Origin: Macrostomum hystrix
Taxonomy: Eukaryota; Animalia; Platyhelminthes
Assembly (NCBI GenBank): GCA_950097015.1
Contig: CATNEN010000024.1
Coordinates: forward strand, 7,062,576 to 7,126,575
DNA length: 64,000 nucleotides
Direction: 5' to 3'
This document shows, in pieces, positions 48,467 through 60,542 of this stretch (position 1 is the first letter of the stretch; every line of letters begins with the position of its first letter). The notes under the pieces were generated by a model. It saw only the letters and a program-made list of their open reading frames with translations. It searched no databases and had not been told where the DNA came from. Both the position numbers and the translations under genes were made by a program.

Positions 48467-51062
48467 CTACTCACCGTACAAGAAGCTGGCCTTTTCAAAG
48501 GCTGTAGGATGCATTGCAATGTCCCGTTCACCGACCGGCTCAGCGTATGAGGCCCGCTCCGACTGGCGAACGTACTCCTTGAACTCCTCCTCCTTGGCTT
48601 CGGCATTCGGATTGTGCCCCTGCTCGAGCTCCTTCTCCTCCAGGTGGTACGTCTTTGCCGGAGGGTCTGTTCGCGAAATATACCACAAGAACCAGTAGCA
48701 AAATTATTACTAAAACACAAACGACAATCACAACTATCATCATTTTCATGCTGGCGTCGGACAAAGGTGATTCGGGGCTTTTGAAGTCTAGGTTGACAGA
48801 AAGGAAGCTCAGACTGCCAGATGTGTCAAAGTCGGTCGAATAAAAGCACATTGGGTCAGCACGACAGTCCTTTGAACCCAGAGCGACGACCGGAGCTCCA
48901 TATCGACTCTTCAACATGTTGACGTTGCCCATGTCAGCTGCATTCTTGTAACGGAAGTTGAACACGGGCGTCAGGCTGCTTCGCTTCTGCAGCTCAGTGC
49001 GCACATCTTCTCGAGTGATGGGAAGTATTTGGTACGTGATGCTCGTGCCGTTCGACCTGATCACAGAAACAGTTTCATTCATCAGAATCCTGACGTCAGT
49101 GAGCAGGAAGTTGTCAATACGAAGAAACAGGTCCACATCGACCCCGATGTAAGATAGGTGTGCAGAGAACTCCGGGCTCAAAGCAAACTTGAATGACGCG
49201 CCGTTACCAAGGTTGCACTTTTGAGTCACACAGTCATTGCTCGGATTCAGCACAAAGCTGTCCTTCGTTGGACGAGGGACGAACACGACGTCACCACCAG
49301 TCTGGGCTGCATAGCTAGACATGCCCAACTCCTTGGCATCAGCACTGGGCACACTGGCGTTGCACAAGAATCTGTGAGTAAAGTTCGTGCCGAACGAAGC
49401 CTGTTGCGGAGGAACGCTTTCGATTGAAACATTCATCAGCTGAAATCCTGATCCCGCTGCTGGATAGCTTATGCCGACGGCTGAGCTTCCACTACGGCTA
49501 ACACGCAAGTTGAAGGCCGCTAGATTCTGCTCGGCCCAATTCACGACACCGCCAGATACGGATGGCAAATAGAATTTCGGATCCAACGACACTGAAGATC
49601 TCAGTCCGGAGAAACTCACGCCACAACTGTAGGACAAGCTCTCACCTTGCATCGCAAATACCTTCGGAGGCAAGGTGCCACTATGGCCTCCGATAGTGGT
49701 CGCGAATGTCGGCATGGACACGACAGATACGTAGAATGTAAAGCTGACACTTGCAGTCATTCCAGCTGTGCACCTGTACTCACCAGCCTGAATTGACGAG
49801 ACATCTTTTGAAAACTCGATGATGTTTGATGTTCTTGAGATCCGGACACCTTGTGTTCCGAAATCACTCCAGTCGGATGATCTAGGTGGTATGAGTAGCT
49901 GACCGTTGCGATAAAAAGTAAACACTGTTGTCGGGTCATCGCAAATGATTGGGCATACCAACTGGGAACTGTCCATTCCAGAGTAGATGGTAACATTTTC
50001 TTGAGTTCCACGCACCAACGTGCACGTTGAGCTCAGTGGATCGGGGACACGTTGTGTAGGAAAAGTCTGTGCTCGGAATTCTACTTCGAACCTCGCTGAT
50101 CTTTGAGTAGGGCACCACTTCGCCAGAAAAGGACACGGATAAACATATTGCAACATGAGAAGGGTTGACCCTCTGACTGTAGAATTGAGCAACTGACTTG
50201 TACAACTGGCACCTTGCATACCAAAGAATGCCAGTGGTTCTATCAAGAAACATTGTCTTCATTCTCTCTATTCCAAACCCGGAATTTTAGAATCATATGT
50301 CGTAAAAAGGAAGCTTCTGTCGTTCTGGTCACTAGAGCAGCCACTCGGGTCAAAGAACAAAATGGCTCCCATATTGAGCTTGTGTCTGAAGAAACTTGGT
50401 GCTGATTGCAGAGCACTCACGATTCGGTTGTCCAGAAATGTAAAATTGTGAAAGTCACCTGTTCCGAGATTCATCCGAGTCATCAGCTGGATAGACGGCT
50501 CAGTGAGAAAATGACGCTGATATCTGCTGGTGTTGGCGAATCTTGGGGGAAATCGCTGATTGGATCCAGTTCCAAATAGACAGAGTGTTTGACGTGAGTA
50601 CTCCGCCACCGGCATACTCCACCCTGGCTGTAATAATCACCTTGGATGAAAACACACCAGAGAATGGCACTGAAGAAGTCCCCATTCTAAGCTCGAATTC
50701 GTCAGTACTTGTCGACAACGATTTTAAACTAAATCGAATATCATTTGGGATTGTGCAAAAGATCGGTGGAGGTGCTAGTTGTCAAGGAGGCCAGATCAAC
50801 AGAATCTACAGTTGCTTTAGTGGGACAACTGACAAGCAGTGTTCGCTTAAGACCAGAGCCCTCCAGGCACGCCATCAACTCGCACCCTAAGAGTGAGTTT
50901 GCTATCTTTGCTGAGGAGTGCCATGGAGTTTTGCGATCCTGCCTCCCAGACATCACTCCAGACAAGTAGCAACTTTGATGCTTCAGAATACACAAACCGA
51001 GGCATTCGTTCACAATAGACTGACCAAGTCTGGAGACAAATTAACAGCAATAACAGTTTCAT
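48467..51062 (-). pseudogene. Paralogue D: frameshifted copy closely related to C (pseudogene or consensus indel errors)
   Basis: ATG at 51062 with signal peptide MKLLLLLICLQTWSVYC. About 7 frameshifts (~50860, 50760, 50567, 50523, 50276, 50038, 48663). The tail continues ...DIAMHPTAFEKASFLY then G|gtgagt. Confidence 0.82.
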
Positions 51063-54000
51063 CTTTGATTAGCAACTGAAATTTTTTAACAGAACAGTAC
51101 AGATTCTTGAATAAAAACTCAATGTTTAAAATAGAATATAAGTATACTTCATCTGCCAGGTTGTTTGCTTGCTGTTTCCTATTGAACTGTTGGTTTATAC
51201 AAATATCTAGAATAGAAAAATAGTTAGTCTATTGTTTAGAAATGATTGTTAGGTCTTTTTGCTAATTCTAGTACATTATAAAATAAAGTGAGTAACATTC
51301 ATAGTCTACCTAATAAGCTACTTATTGTTATAAAGCCAGCTTTGACCTTACAAATTAGTTAAGTATAGACTAAAGTATAAATTATTGTTTAGAAACAAGG
51401 ATGGTTATACTACAAGGTTTTGTGCTTTTATTAAAGAACAACAAGATCTTGATCTAATTGAAAGAATAGAACAAAACTTTTAATTTGTTTTAACACTATA
51501 TTACATGAGTCACTTGGGTTCATCAGAAGCAGTTCTCTAGTCTAGAGTTCTGCCATAGCTATAGATATAGCCACTGCCAGTTTCAGAATACAGAGACAGA
51601 GTGGTCATACCATAAAGTACTTGTAAGATATGGTTAAGCCTTAGCTCCTATCTTGGCAGTGAAAATTTAGCTTTTTAGTTTGCTCTTATGGATATACATG
51701 CCTTATAGTACAAGATAACAGGCATATAGGAAGCAATAGGACAGGAGGTAAAAGTAATTTATTGAAGTTCATTTAGAATTACCATCCCTTAGGTAGGCAC
51801 TGTAGAATTTAAATATTGGATATATAATAGATAGGCAACACTACAATATGATTTTGGAGATATAGATGTGGATACACTTTTGAATTACATTGAGCAACAT
51901 TTTAGACCCTATTTTTTCAATATATTTTCATTTTATATTTTATATTTTATATTTTCAATTTCACTACAGTCATTTATGCTGTAAGTCCCCTGATTATGAA
52001 TAAGTGAATAAGCCATTGTGCTGAATAACATCCCCTGATTAGAATAAGTGAACAAATAGCTATTTTGGACTTTTCTGGTGTTACATTGCAGCCATTGTGC
52101 TGAATAACATTTTTGCTGTTGACACCAAGATTCATAAATGCTGTGTTATGTTGCATTTCTGAGCTACAATTTTAGATCTTAAGTTGCGTGTCTACAGGTT
52201 TTCTACACTTATTCCTATAATGGTGAGTCACTAAGACTAAGACTAGTACAAAGTAATATGCATGGTGTGGCAATTTTTGTAACGGCATTTTTTGTGTACT
52301 ACTTGACCTTTAAAAAAATGTACCTAGTGTATTCCAGGCTCTCCTGAAAGTGCCCCAGAAATTTCTAGTATACATGACATGATCCTATTTATATTATTGA
52401 ACCAAGATGTCTATTCTAAAATAGTTTTAGTATTAGTCATTAGAAAACAACTTGCAACCTTAGCGTGATTCCTAAAAATTCTTGACTTCAGCTGTCTAGC
52501 AGCCCTAGCTGTCATCTAGCTAGCTACTTTTGTCAAAAGTATTTTAGTAAATTATAATATTTAATACTGTATTACCAGTTAGCCACAAAATATGTAATGC
52601 TGGCGTCCTTATTTTTTATAATTAAAATGCTATTGAATCCATTTTTACTAGGTAGGTACATACAAGTACTATTACCACATGGGCTCTACCTCTAAACAAA
52701 TTTTAGTTTTCATTTTCATGCTACTTTCTGTTCAGTAGAAATATAAACATTTAAATGTATTTTCGTTATCAACATGAAAATTTTTATGTAACTAGAACTT
52801 TTTGTACTATATCTAATGACAGAATACTTAGCAAGCAAGCAAAAAAGCACTCTCAAAAGAGGCATCTGCATGAACTTGCAAACCTTGACTCTGAGGTGTA
52901 GTAGGACCCACTTTTGGCAGACTTACGTGTGTTTGGCAATGTCAAAGTGCCCTGCAAACATTGCATCCAGCTCTTGGATGTCTTCTTGACAGCATATTCA
53001 AGGTTGTCAAGGAGCCTTTAATGCCAGTTATATAGCATTCATGCCCCAATGCATTAGCAAGGCTTGCATAGCAGAGTATAGCCTCTGCTTCATACCATGG
53101 CTAGGGTAATGTATCATCACCAAACAAGAATGTGTTATTTTTTTTAACTTCAAACCTAAGCTACAGATTTTCTATTTAAGATATGATGATAATCAAAAGC
53201 CAAGTTATAAAAAACAGACTTTACATCTTTCTAAAAATTATCTGCTTTTGCTATTTTATCAAATAGAAAAAAGTTATTCCAGGCTTTTTATCTAAAACTG
53301 AACAATGATTTTAGTGTATCTTCAAACCAAACAGAGGAATTTGATGTTTTTGAGTGAGTGGTTTAATCCTATTTTAAGGAGTAAACTATCATTGAATTAT
53401 GTAATTTGAAAGCATTTTTCATGCTCTATAAGTAACTACATTTATGGTCATTTTAATTGGCAAGCAACCAAATACAATCTTTGTCTAAAGTATATACTGA
53501 AAAAAATGTTTGTTAAAAAGTATGCTTTGCAATAAAAATTTCTACTGAAACATCTATATCTTTCTTCCTCTTAATGCCTTTCATTGCCACCTCATGCCTC
53601 AGCTTGTAGATAAATTTTTTCTCCAACTTTCAAATTAGTTGTTCTGGGAAACACAATAGCTTGTTCTGACTTGCATGAGCCCAAGGAAGAAGTCAAAATT
53701 CTGGTTCGGTTTTGAAGATACACTGTTTGGTTGATGATACATTACCCCTATCCTTTGTGGTACCAGAATGCTAATAGCTCTTTCTGATTATATTTTACAT
53801 TGTTCACAATGGCTCATTTAATTATAATCGAAAAAAAAACTTTAGATTACTAGCTAACCTGCTAATAGCTAGGCCTAAATTTGCCTAATTTGGGCTTTGG
53901 AGTTTAGAGTTTAGAATTTGAAGTCTAGTAAGAAAATAACGTAGGCCTATTATTATTAATGTATTAACATATTTAGGCATAACTATAGATTTCACAGTGT

Positions 54001-54575
54001 TGTAATGCTTTATATGTACGACTGATTTAGAATTAAATAAATGAAGCTGTAATTGTAATAAATATATTAGACTCTGTATAAGGAACAAAACATAGTGATA
54101 TGCTATGTATATGTGTAGGCCTATGCCTATACATTTAGCCATCATACGAATTACTAGTACTGAATCAATAATGTTCCAGCTAGGCATTAGTTGAAATATA
54201 TTTAGGCCTACTATTGAAAGAATCCCAAAAAAGAAATGTGTTGCTAAGCTAAAAGGGCTTTACAGCAACTTATAAAGAGTAACCTGGAATAAAAAAACTT
54301 CTTGAGAAAGCCGAACGGTGTGACCTGCTTTTTAAATCTAGGAAGTCGTAATGAAAAGGTTGCACTTAATGCGGAAATGTTATTATAAAACTTGGTCATT
54401 TTAGATCTATGAGATTTTAGATTTCCTGAAGCAATTAAAAGTAAATAGCTAAGAAACTGTTCGAAATTTCCTGAACATTGCAGATTTGTTTAAATCGCCA
54501 CAGAAATACATTAATTTAATTAAATATGTTGTTAAATTGATTTCCATGAATATGATGGTCCTTGAAGCTTGAAGT

Positions 54576-55007
54576 CAGTGCGTATCTAGGGGGGATACGG
54601 GGATCTATCCCCCTATTTTGGCTAACTTATAATGAATGCGAAGGATGGAATTTTTTATTTTTATATTATAAAATATTGCTCTCCTCATCGATGGACGTCA
54701 AATCATCATCACTTAAATACTCGTGTTTTTTTGTTAAGCGAATTAGTGAAGCCAATTACATGATGACGAATGACGATAGATCAGATTCAGATGTATTGGA
54801 TGGGGTTGTAATTGTAATCGAAGTATCAATTCACCTTATAATAATTGACCTGGTGCATGTACTGGCGTCAATGACGTTTTAAACTTTGTTCTTAATTAAT
54901 CATCTGAACTAAAGCACGCGCTTGCTTTTTTGCTGACACAATTAAAAATGATTGTGTTATACTAATAGCATTTATCCACCCATTTCAAGATCCTAGCAAC
55001 GCCACTG
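54576..55007. mobile_element. Non-autonomous hAT-like element (short TIRs)
   Basis: Ends cagtg-cgtatctagg and cctagcaacgccactg are imperfect inverted repeats of the CAGTGGCGTA type; no clear 8-bp TSD. Confidence 0.5.
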
Positions 55008-55087
55008 GTCCGATGAGCGTTACGAGGTAGGTTTAAAATCGGTTCTCACACGGCCTGGCTATATAACGATCTTTATAATGTATATAG

Positions 55088-55326
55088 TATAGGGTCTCGC
55101 AATATGAAATGCGGCGTGAAAAGATGCATACACAAATTTATTATCAAAAGTTCTTAATTTTTACGAGCTATATTTAGCGTGTGGAGGTGCGAGAGCGTGG
55201 CGTGAGTCAAAAAACACCCCCGGCTTAGCGCGCCGGCAGCGCGGTGCACCCACCCCTCGTCTAGGCGGCCGGGGTTTGAGTGTGAATGCACCGCAGACGG
55301 CGCTGCGGGCGGGCTTGACCGCCACA
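55088..55326 (-). mobile_element. 3' LTR of the CsRn1-like Gypsy element
   Basis: Homologous to 62868-63096; starts TGTGGCGG on the minus strand, preceded by purine-rich ggggaagccg (PPT-like). Confidence 0.85.
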
Positions 55327-55358
55327 CGGCTTCCCCGAGCACCGAGCTAGCTAGGCTC

Positions 55359-58300
55359 TGAACGTCGTGGGCGACGTCATGCTGAAGCATCTGTCCGACC
55401 TGGGGCTCCGCTGCCTCCTGAACCTCCTGAACCTACGTACGGTTTCGCTAGCCGCAACCCAGCCGCATCACTTTTTAAAATCACTTGTACCACTTGCAAA
55501 ATCCGTCTTTTCTAATAGATTTTGACTAGATTTAATTGTACCACACGTTGAATTATCATAATATGGCTAAATATGTCACTTTGAAGCCTTCAAATTTCCG
55601 GATTTAAAAAATCGGTGCGGCTGGCATTGGCTGATGATGGCGCCCTCGCTTCTGACTAGATTCTTGTACCGTTTTATATTTATAAAATTTCAGCAAATCC
55701 GCATCTTTTGAGCTCAAAAGTTGATCTGAGCGAGCTTTAATAAGCAAAAAAATCATCGTCTGAAGTTTTAATGAAGTGATTCCCGTAGCAAATGGTCTTC
55801 TCTCTCCAAAAATAGAATACATACGGCCTGTACCACATTTGTACCACCCTCAAGCAATATTTTTATACAACCCTGTGCAAATTAAGCATTTTTTATCAAA
55901 TGTTTGAAAGTTATAGACAAAATCCTTTGTTCACAATCTTCTTCACGTGTGCTGGTCTGAATTTGATCCGGAATTTTGTGATGCTAAGAATAATACGAAT
56001 CGGACTTACTTCCTGTATCTAATTTGGGGTTGTACAAATCCGATAGTAAATAAATATCTTGCAGCATCAAATTATTCTAAAGGCACCACTACTAAAATAT
56101 TGGTTTTAATTCAACTAGCTAAAGCTTGTTGTATAATTTTAAGTTGGTCACGCACTTCCAATTTTCTTTTAGCCAAGCTGCTATTTGCGCGTGACCTAAT
56201 ATTATTCTCTGAGAAGCGGCACATTGTAGATCATTCTGCTGTGACTCTCTGTCCTTTTTAAATAGCCTTGTTAATTTACAGTATCAAAAAGTAACTGCTG
56301 CATGCAATGCCGCTGCAATAGATAATTATGTAAATTAGTATACATAATAGTTTATGCCCATTGTCTCATTAATGCACATACCATGTCTCATAACATAACA
56401 TAAGGCTTCATAATAGATCATGTTTCTCTAGCCTAGTGCCTACATTTGTCTAAGCAATGTTTCAAATATTTTCTACTAGCTAGGGTTATAATATTAATAT
56501 TACAATAATATTATTACATAAATCTATATTATATTATATTATGTTACATTATACTAAATATATGATACTACAATGTAGTTTTTAGGTCTTGCTATAAGTG
56601 TATGTAGCTAACCTAAAAATTTATAAACATGCATGCAATAGTAAATCTTAATTTTATCTAATTAATCGTAATTTCAAGTCTTCAAACTACCATGTGTATA
56701 ATCAAAAACATATATGTGCGTGTTTCCCTTTCACTGTGTCTTTGATTATCAACAGTTTAGGTCACTAATTCATTCTGACTTTGACCTCATACCTCATAGG
56801 GTAGGATGAAATATTTAACTTTTTTTTCCCCTTTGACCTTAGATGGGTTTAAGTTCTGAGCCTCATTGTGAAAGAAAGGAGATATAGGCAAAGTGAGATA
56901 AGCCTATCACAAAATAGCATAGTCCTCCCCAACCAAAAAGCACTTATGGGATCTTGATCGCAGCGTCTCAATGCCACTCTTGAAGAACTGGACCGCCTTC
57001 CGGCAGCATCTCGAATGACCTCCAGGGCCTGCCAAGCCTGGGGCAGCATTGAGCAGCAACATGCCGCGTTCTGCAGCGACATCCTTGATGTCACCCGCAG
57101 CAGGCTCCTCAACCGGGCGTTTGAATACGCCAATCGCCGACAGGAGCCGGACATCAACCCACTGCTTCTGAACGACTATCGGCGTACATTGTATAGCATG
57201 TATAGAGATAGTGTCAAAGAATAAAAATAATTAGACAACTGCTTGGAGCTTAGATAGTTCGAATAAGTTTATTCTTAGCTGAATAGCTGAGACAATGAGC
57301 ATTACACAAATTAAGTTTATTAAATTATTAAATTAATTTTTTTTAAATAATTTTAAAATTATTAAAAAATTTTTTTATTTAATTAAATTATCATTTTTTT
57401 CTTATTACTAATTAGGTAAATGATTTTTATATAGATTATCAATTTCAGCGGCGTTGCATGAAGCCGTAACAATAGAGAGTCACAGCAGAATGATCTACAA
57501 TGTACCGCTTCTCAGAGAATAATATTACGTCACGCGCAAATAGCAGCTTGGCTAAAAGAAAATTGGAAGTGCGTGACCAACTTAAAATTATACAACGAAG
57601 CTTTAGCTAGTTGAATTAAAACAATATTTTAGTAGTGGTGCCTTTAGAATAGTTTGATGCTGCAAGATATTTATTACTATCGGAATTTGTACAACCCCAA
57701 ATTAGATACAGGAAGTAAGTCCGATTCGTATTATCTTAGCATCACAAAATTCCGGATCAAATTCAGACAGCACACGTGAAGAAGATGTGAACAAAGGATT
57801 TTGTCTATAACTTTCAAACCATTTGATAAAAATGCTTAATTTTGCACAGGATTGTATAAAAATATGTGCTTGAGGTGGTACAAATGTGGTACAGGCCGTA
57901 TGTATTCTATTTTGGAGAGAGAAGACCATTTGCTACCGGGAATCACTTCATTAAAACTTCAGACGATGATTTTTTGCTTATTAAAGCTCGCTCAGATCAA
58001 CTTTTGAGCTCAAAAGATGCGGATTTTGCTGCAATTTTATAAATATAAAACGGTACAAGAATCTAGTCAGAAGCGAGGGCGCCAGTCATCAGCCCAATGC
58101 CAGCCGCACCGATTTTTTTAAATCCGGAAATTTGAAGGCTTCAAAAGTGACATATTTAGCAATATTATGATAATTCAACGTGTGGTACAATTAAATCTAG
58201 TCAAAATCTATTAGAAAAGACGGATTTTGCAAGTGGTACAAGTGATTTTAAAAAGTGATGCGGCTGGGTTGCGGCTAGAGACACGTCGGTCTGAACCTCT

Positions 58301-60542
58301 CGTGGAGGACGGGGGAGGTGCCCGCCCCGTGGCGCCTTGCGGAGATCCGCCCGATCCCCAAGTCGGACAAGCCAGCCGGCCTGACATCCAGCTTCCGCCC
58401 TATCAGCCTCCTCAGCTGCCTGGGCAAGCTCGCCGAGAAGATGGTGAACGAGCGGCTGTCCTACATCCTCGAGGCAAGCAACGCCTCCACCCGTCGCAAG
58501 CCGGTTTCCGTCAGGGCCGCTCCACGGAGGAGCACATCGCCGCGGCGGCCCAGTACATCTTCGACGGATTCCAGGCCAAGAAGCCGGCAGCCCGCACCGC
58601 TCTGCTGCTTGCAGACTTCTCCAGAGCCTACGACCGCGTCTGGAAAGCGGCCCTCATCGTTAAGCTCGGTCGGAAGGGGATCCCCACGTGCCTCATCCGC
58701 TGGCTCAAGGGATTTCTCTCCGACAGGAGGGCCTTCGTGCGGTGGGTTGGTGCGGCCTGCAAGCAAACCGTGTTCTCCGAGGGGCTGCCGCAGGGGTCGG
58801 TCCTCGCCCCGATCCTGTGGGTGATCTACATGGACGACCTCTTGGACGGCGCCCCCAAGAATTGCCTCACGCTGGCGTACGCCGACGACAGCAAGGGACC
58901 ACCCCTCGGGAGTGTGAGCGGGCCCTGCAACCGGCGGCCGACTGGCTCGTGCGCTGGTCCCAAACCTGGAAGGTGGACCTGAGCCGCACCAAGTCGGTCG
59001 TCGCGTTCTTCTCGCTCGACCCCCGGGAGGTCAACGGAAAGGTCCAGCCGCGCATCCTCCTCGGCGACACGCCAGCCCCGTTCGAGCTGCACCCGAGGCT
59101 CCTGGGAGTGCACCTCGACTCCCAGCTGACCTTCCGCCACCACGCCAAGCTCCAGCGCCGCGCCCTCCAGCAGCGCACCGGCGTCCTCCGCTGCCTCGCG
59201 GGCCGCGACTGGGGCCAGGACGGCCAGCGCCTCGCCCAGCTCTACCGCACCTACGCGGAGGCGGCCGCGCTCCACGGCGTCTCCACGTGGCTCACCTTCG
59301 CGTCCGACTCCTGCCGGGACGAAGTCGAGATTGCGCATCGATCGGCCGCTCGCGTCATCACTGGCTGCTGCCGCTCGACCTCCATTGGCGCCCTCATGGC
59401 CGAGGCCGACCTCGTGCCCCTGGCGACCAGAGCGGAGGCGGATCGCGCAGCCCTGTTCGAGCGAGCCCTCCGTCACCGTCAACCGACTCCGCTCCGCGCT
59501 GCAGCGGGCAAGACCTCTACGCCCCGCTTGCGCGCTCACGGGGAGCCTGGGGCCTTCCGCAGGAACTGGCGCGACTCGGCGCAGCACCTGAGCGCCGCCG
59601 CCGGCCTGGCCCCCCTCCCCCGGGAGCAGGAGAACCTCCCTCCGCCGCCATGGTCCGACACCAGCCGGGTCACCATCCGCCGCGACCTCCTGACCGCGAC
59701 CTCCCGGGAGGAAGCGCCCCACGTCAGAAAGCAGGCCGCGCTGGAAATGCTGGCGAGCCTCCCGCCCGCCGACCTGGAGCTCTGGACAGACGGTTCAGCC
59801 TCCGGGGCACCCTCAACGGCGGAGCGGGGGCGGTCATCTTCAGCAAGACCGCGCCGCCAGTCCACCTGTCGCAGGCTGCGGGCCGCTACTCTTCCTCCTT
59901 CCGTGCCGAGGAGTCGGCGCTCCGGTTGGGGCTTCAGCACGTCGCCTCCAGGCCGGACCTCGCCTCCCTGAGCGGCCTCCGCTGCCTTACGGACTCGCAG
60001 TCCCTGCTCCGAGCCCTCGAGATGGGACCGTCCAAGTCCTCCTCGCCAGCGTGCCGGAAGATCCACATTGCCGCCCGCTTCCCAATCTGGCTGCAATGGG
60101 TCCCCAGCCACTGTGACCTCCGGCGGAACGATGCTGCGGACGCCACCGCCAAGACCGCGGCCGGCCTCCCCCAGGACGAGACGCCGATCGACTTCGGGTC
60201 AGCCCGGGCCGCCCTCCGCCGGGTCCTCGCCGAGCGCACCCGCGAAGCCTACGCGACCGACCCGCACTGCGCCACCCACCGTCTGGCAACCGCCACCGCC
60301 GCCCCGCGGCCACGCCTAAACCGGGCCGACGCGGTGACCCTCGCCCAGCTGCGCACGGGCCACTCACCGCTCCTGCGCTGGTATCGGTGCACCGGATCAG
60401 CCTGGACACCGCCGCCACCTGCCCCCGCTGCGGGGCCGCCGACGAAGACGTGGCCCACGTCTTCCTGCACTGCCGGGCCCTTGACGACCTTCGGGCCCGC
60501 ATCCTTGGACCAATCCCGTCCCTGGCCGTCCTCTCGACGGAC
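55359..60542 (+). mobile_element. I-group (Ingi/Nimb-like) LINE fragment with RT, RNase H and C-terminal CCHC, split by a foldback insertion
   Basis: MLKHLSDLGLRCLLNL (55380-55434) joins LNLSWRTGEVPAPWRLAEIRPIPK (58291 onward); RPISLLSCLGK, GLPQGSVLAPILW, YADD, WTDGS, TDSQS, WVPSHC, CPRCGAADEDVAHVFLHC. Flanked by ggctc at 55354-55358 and 60543-60547. Confidence 0.9.
55435..58290. mobile_element. Foldback-type DNA element with ~800-bp inverted arms and 8-bp TSD
   Basis: Arms 55448-56250 and 57474-58278 are reverse complements apart from 1-bp indels; TSD ctgaacct at 55427-55434 and 58291-58298; no transposase recognised. Confidence 0.9.
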
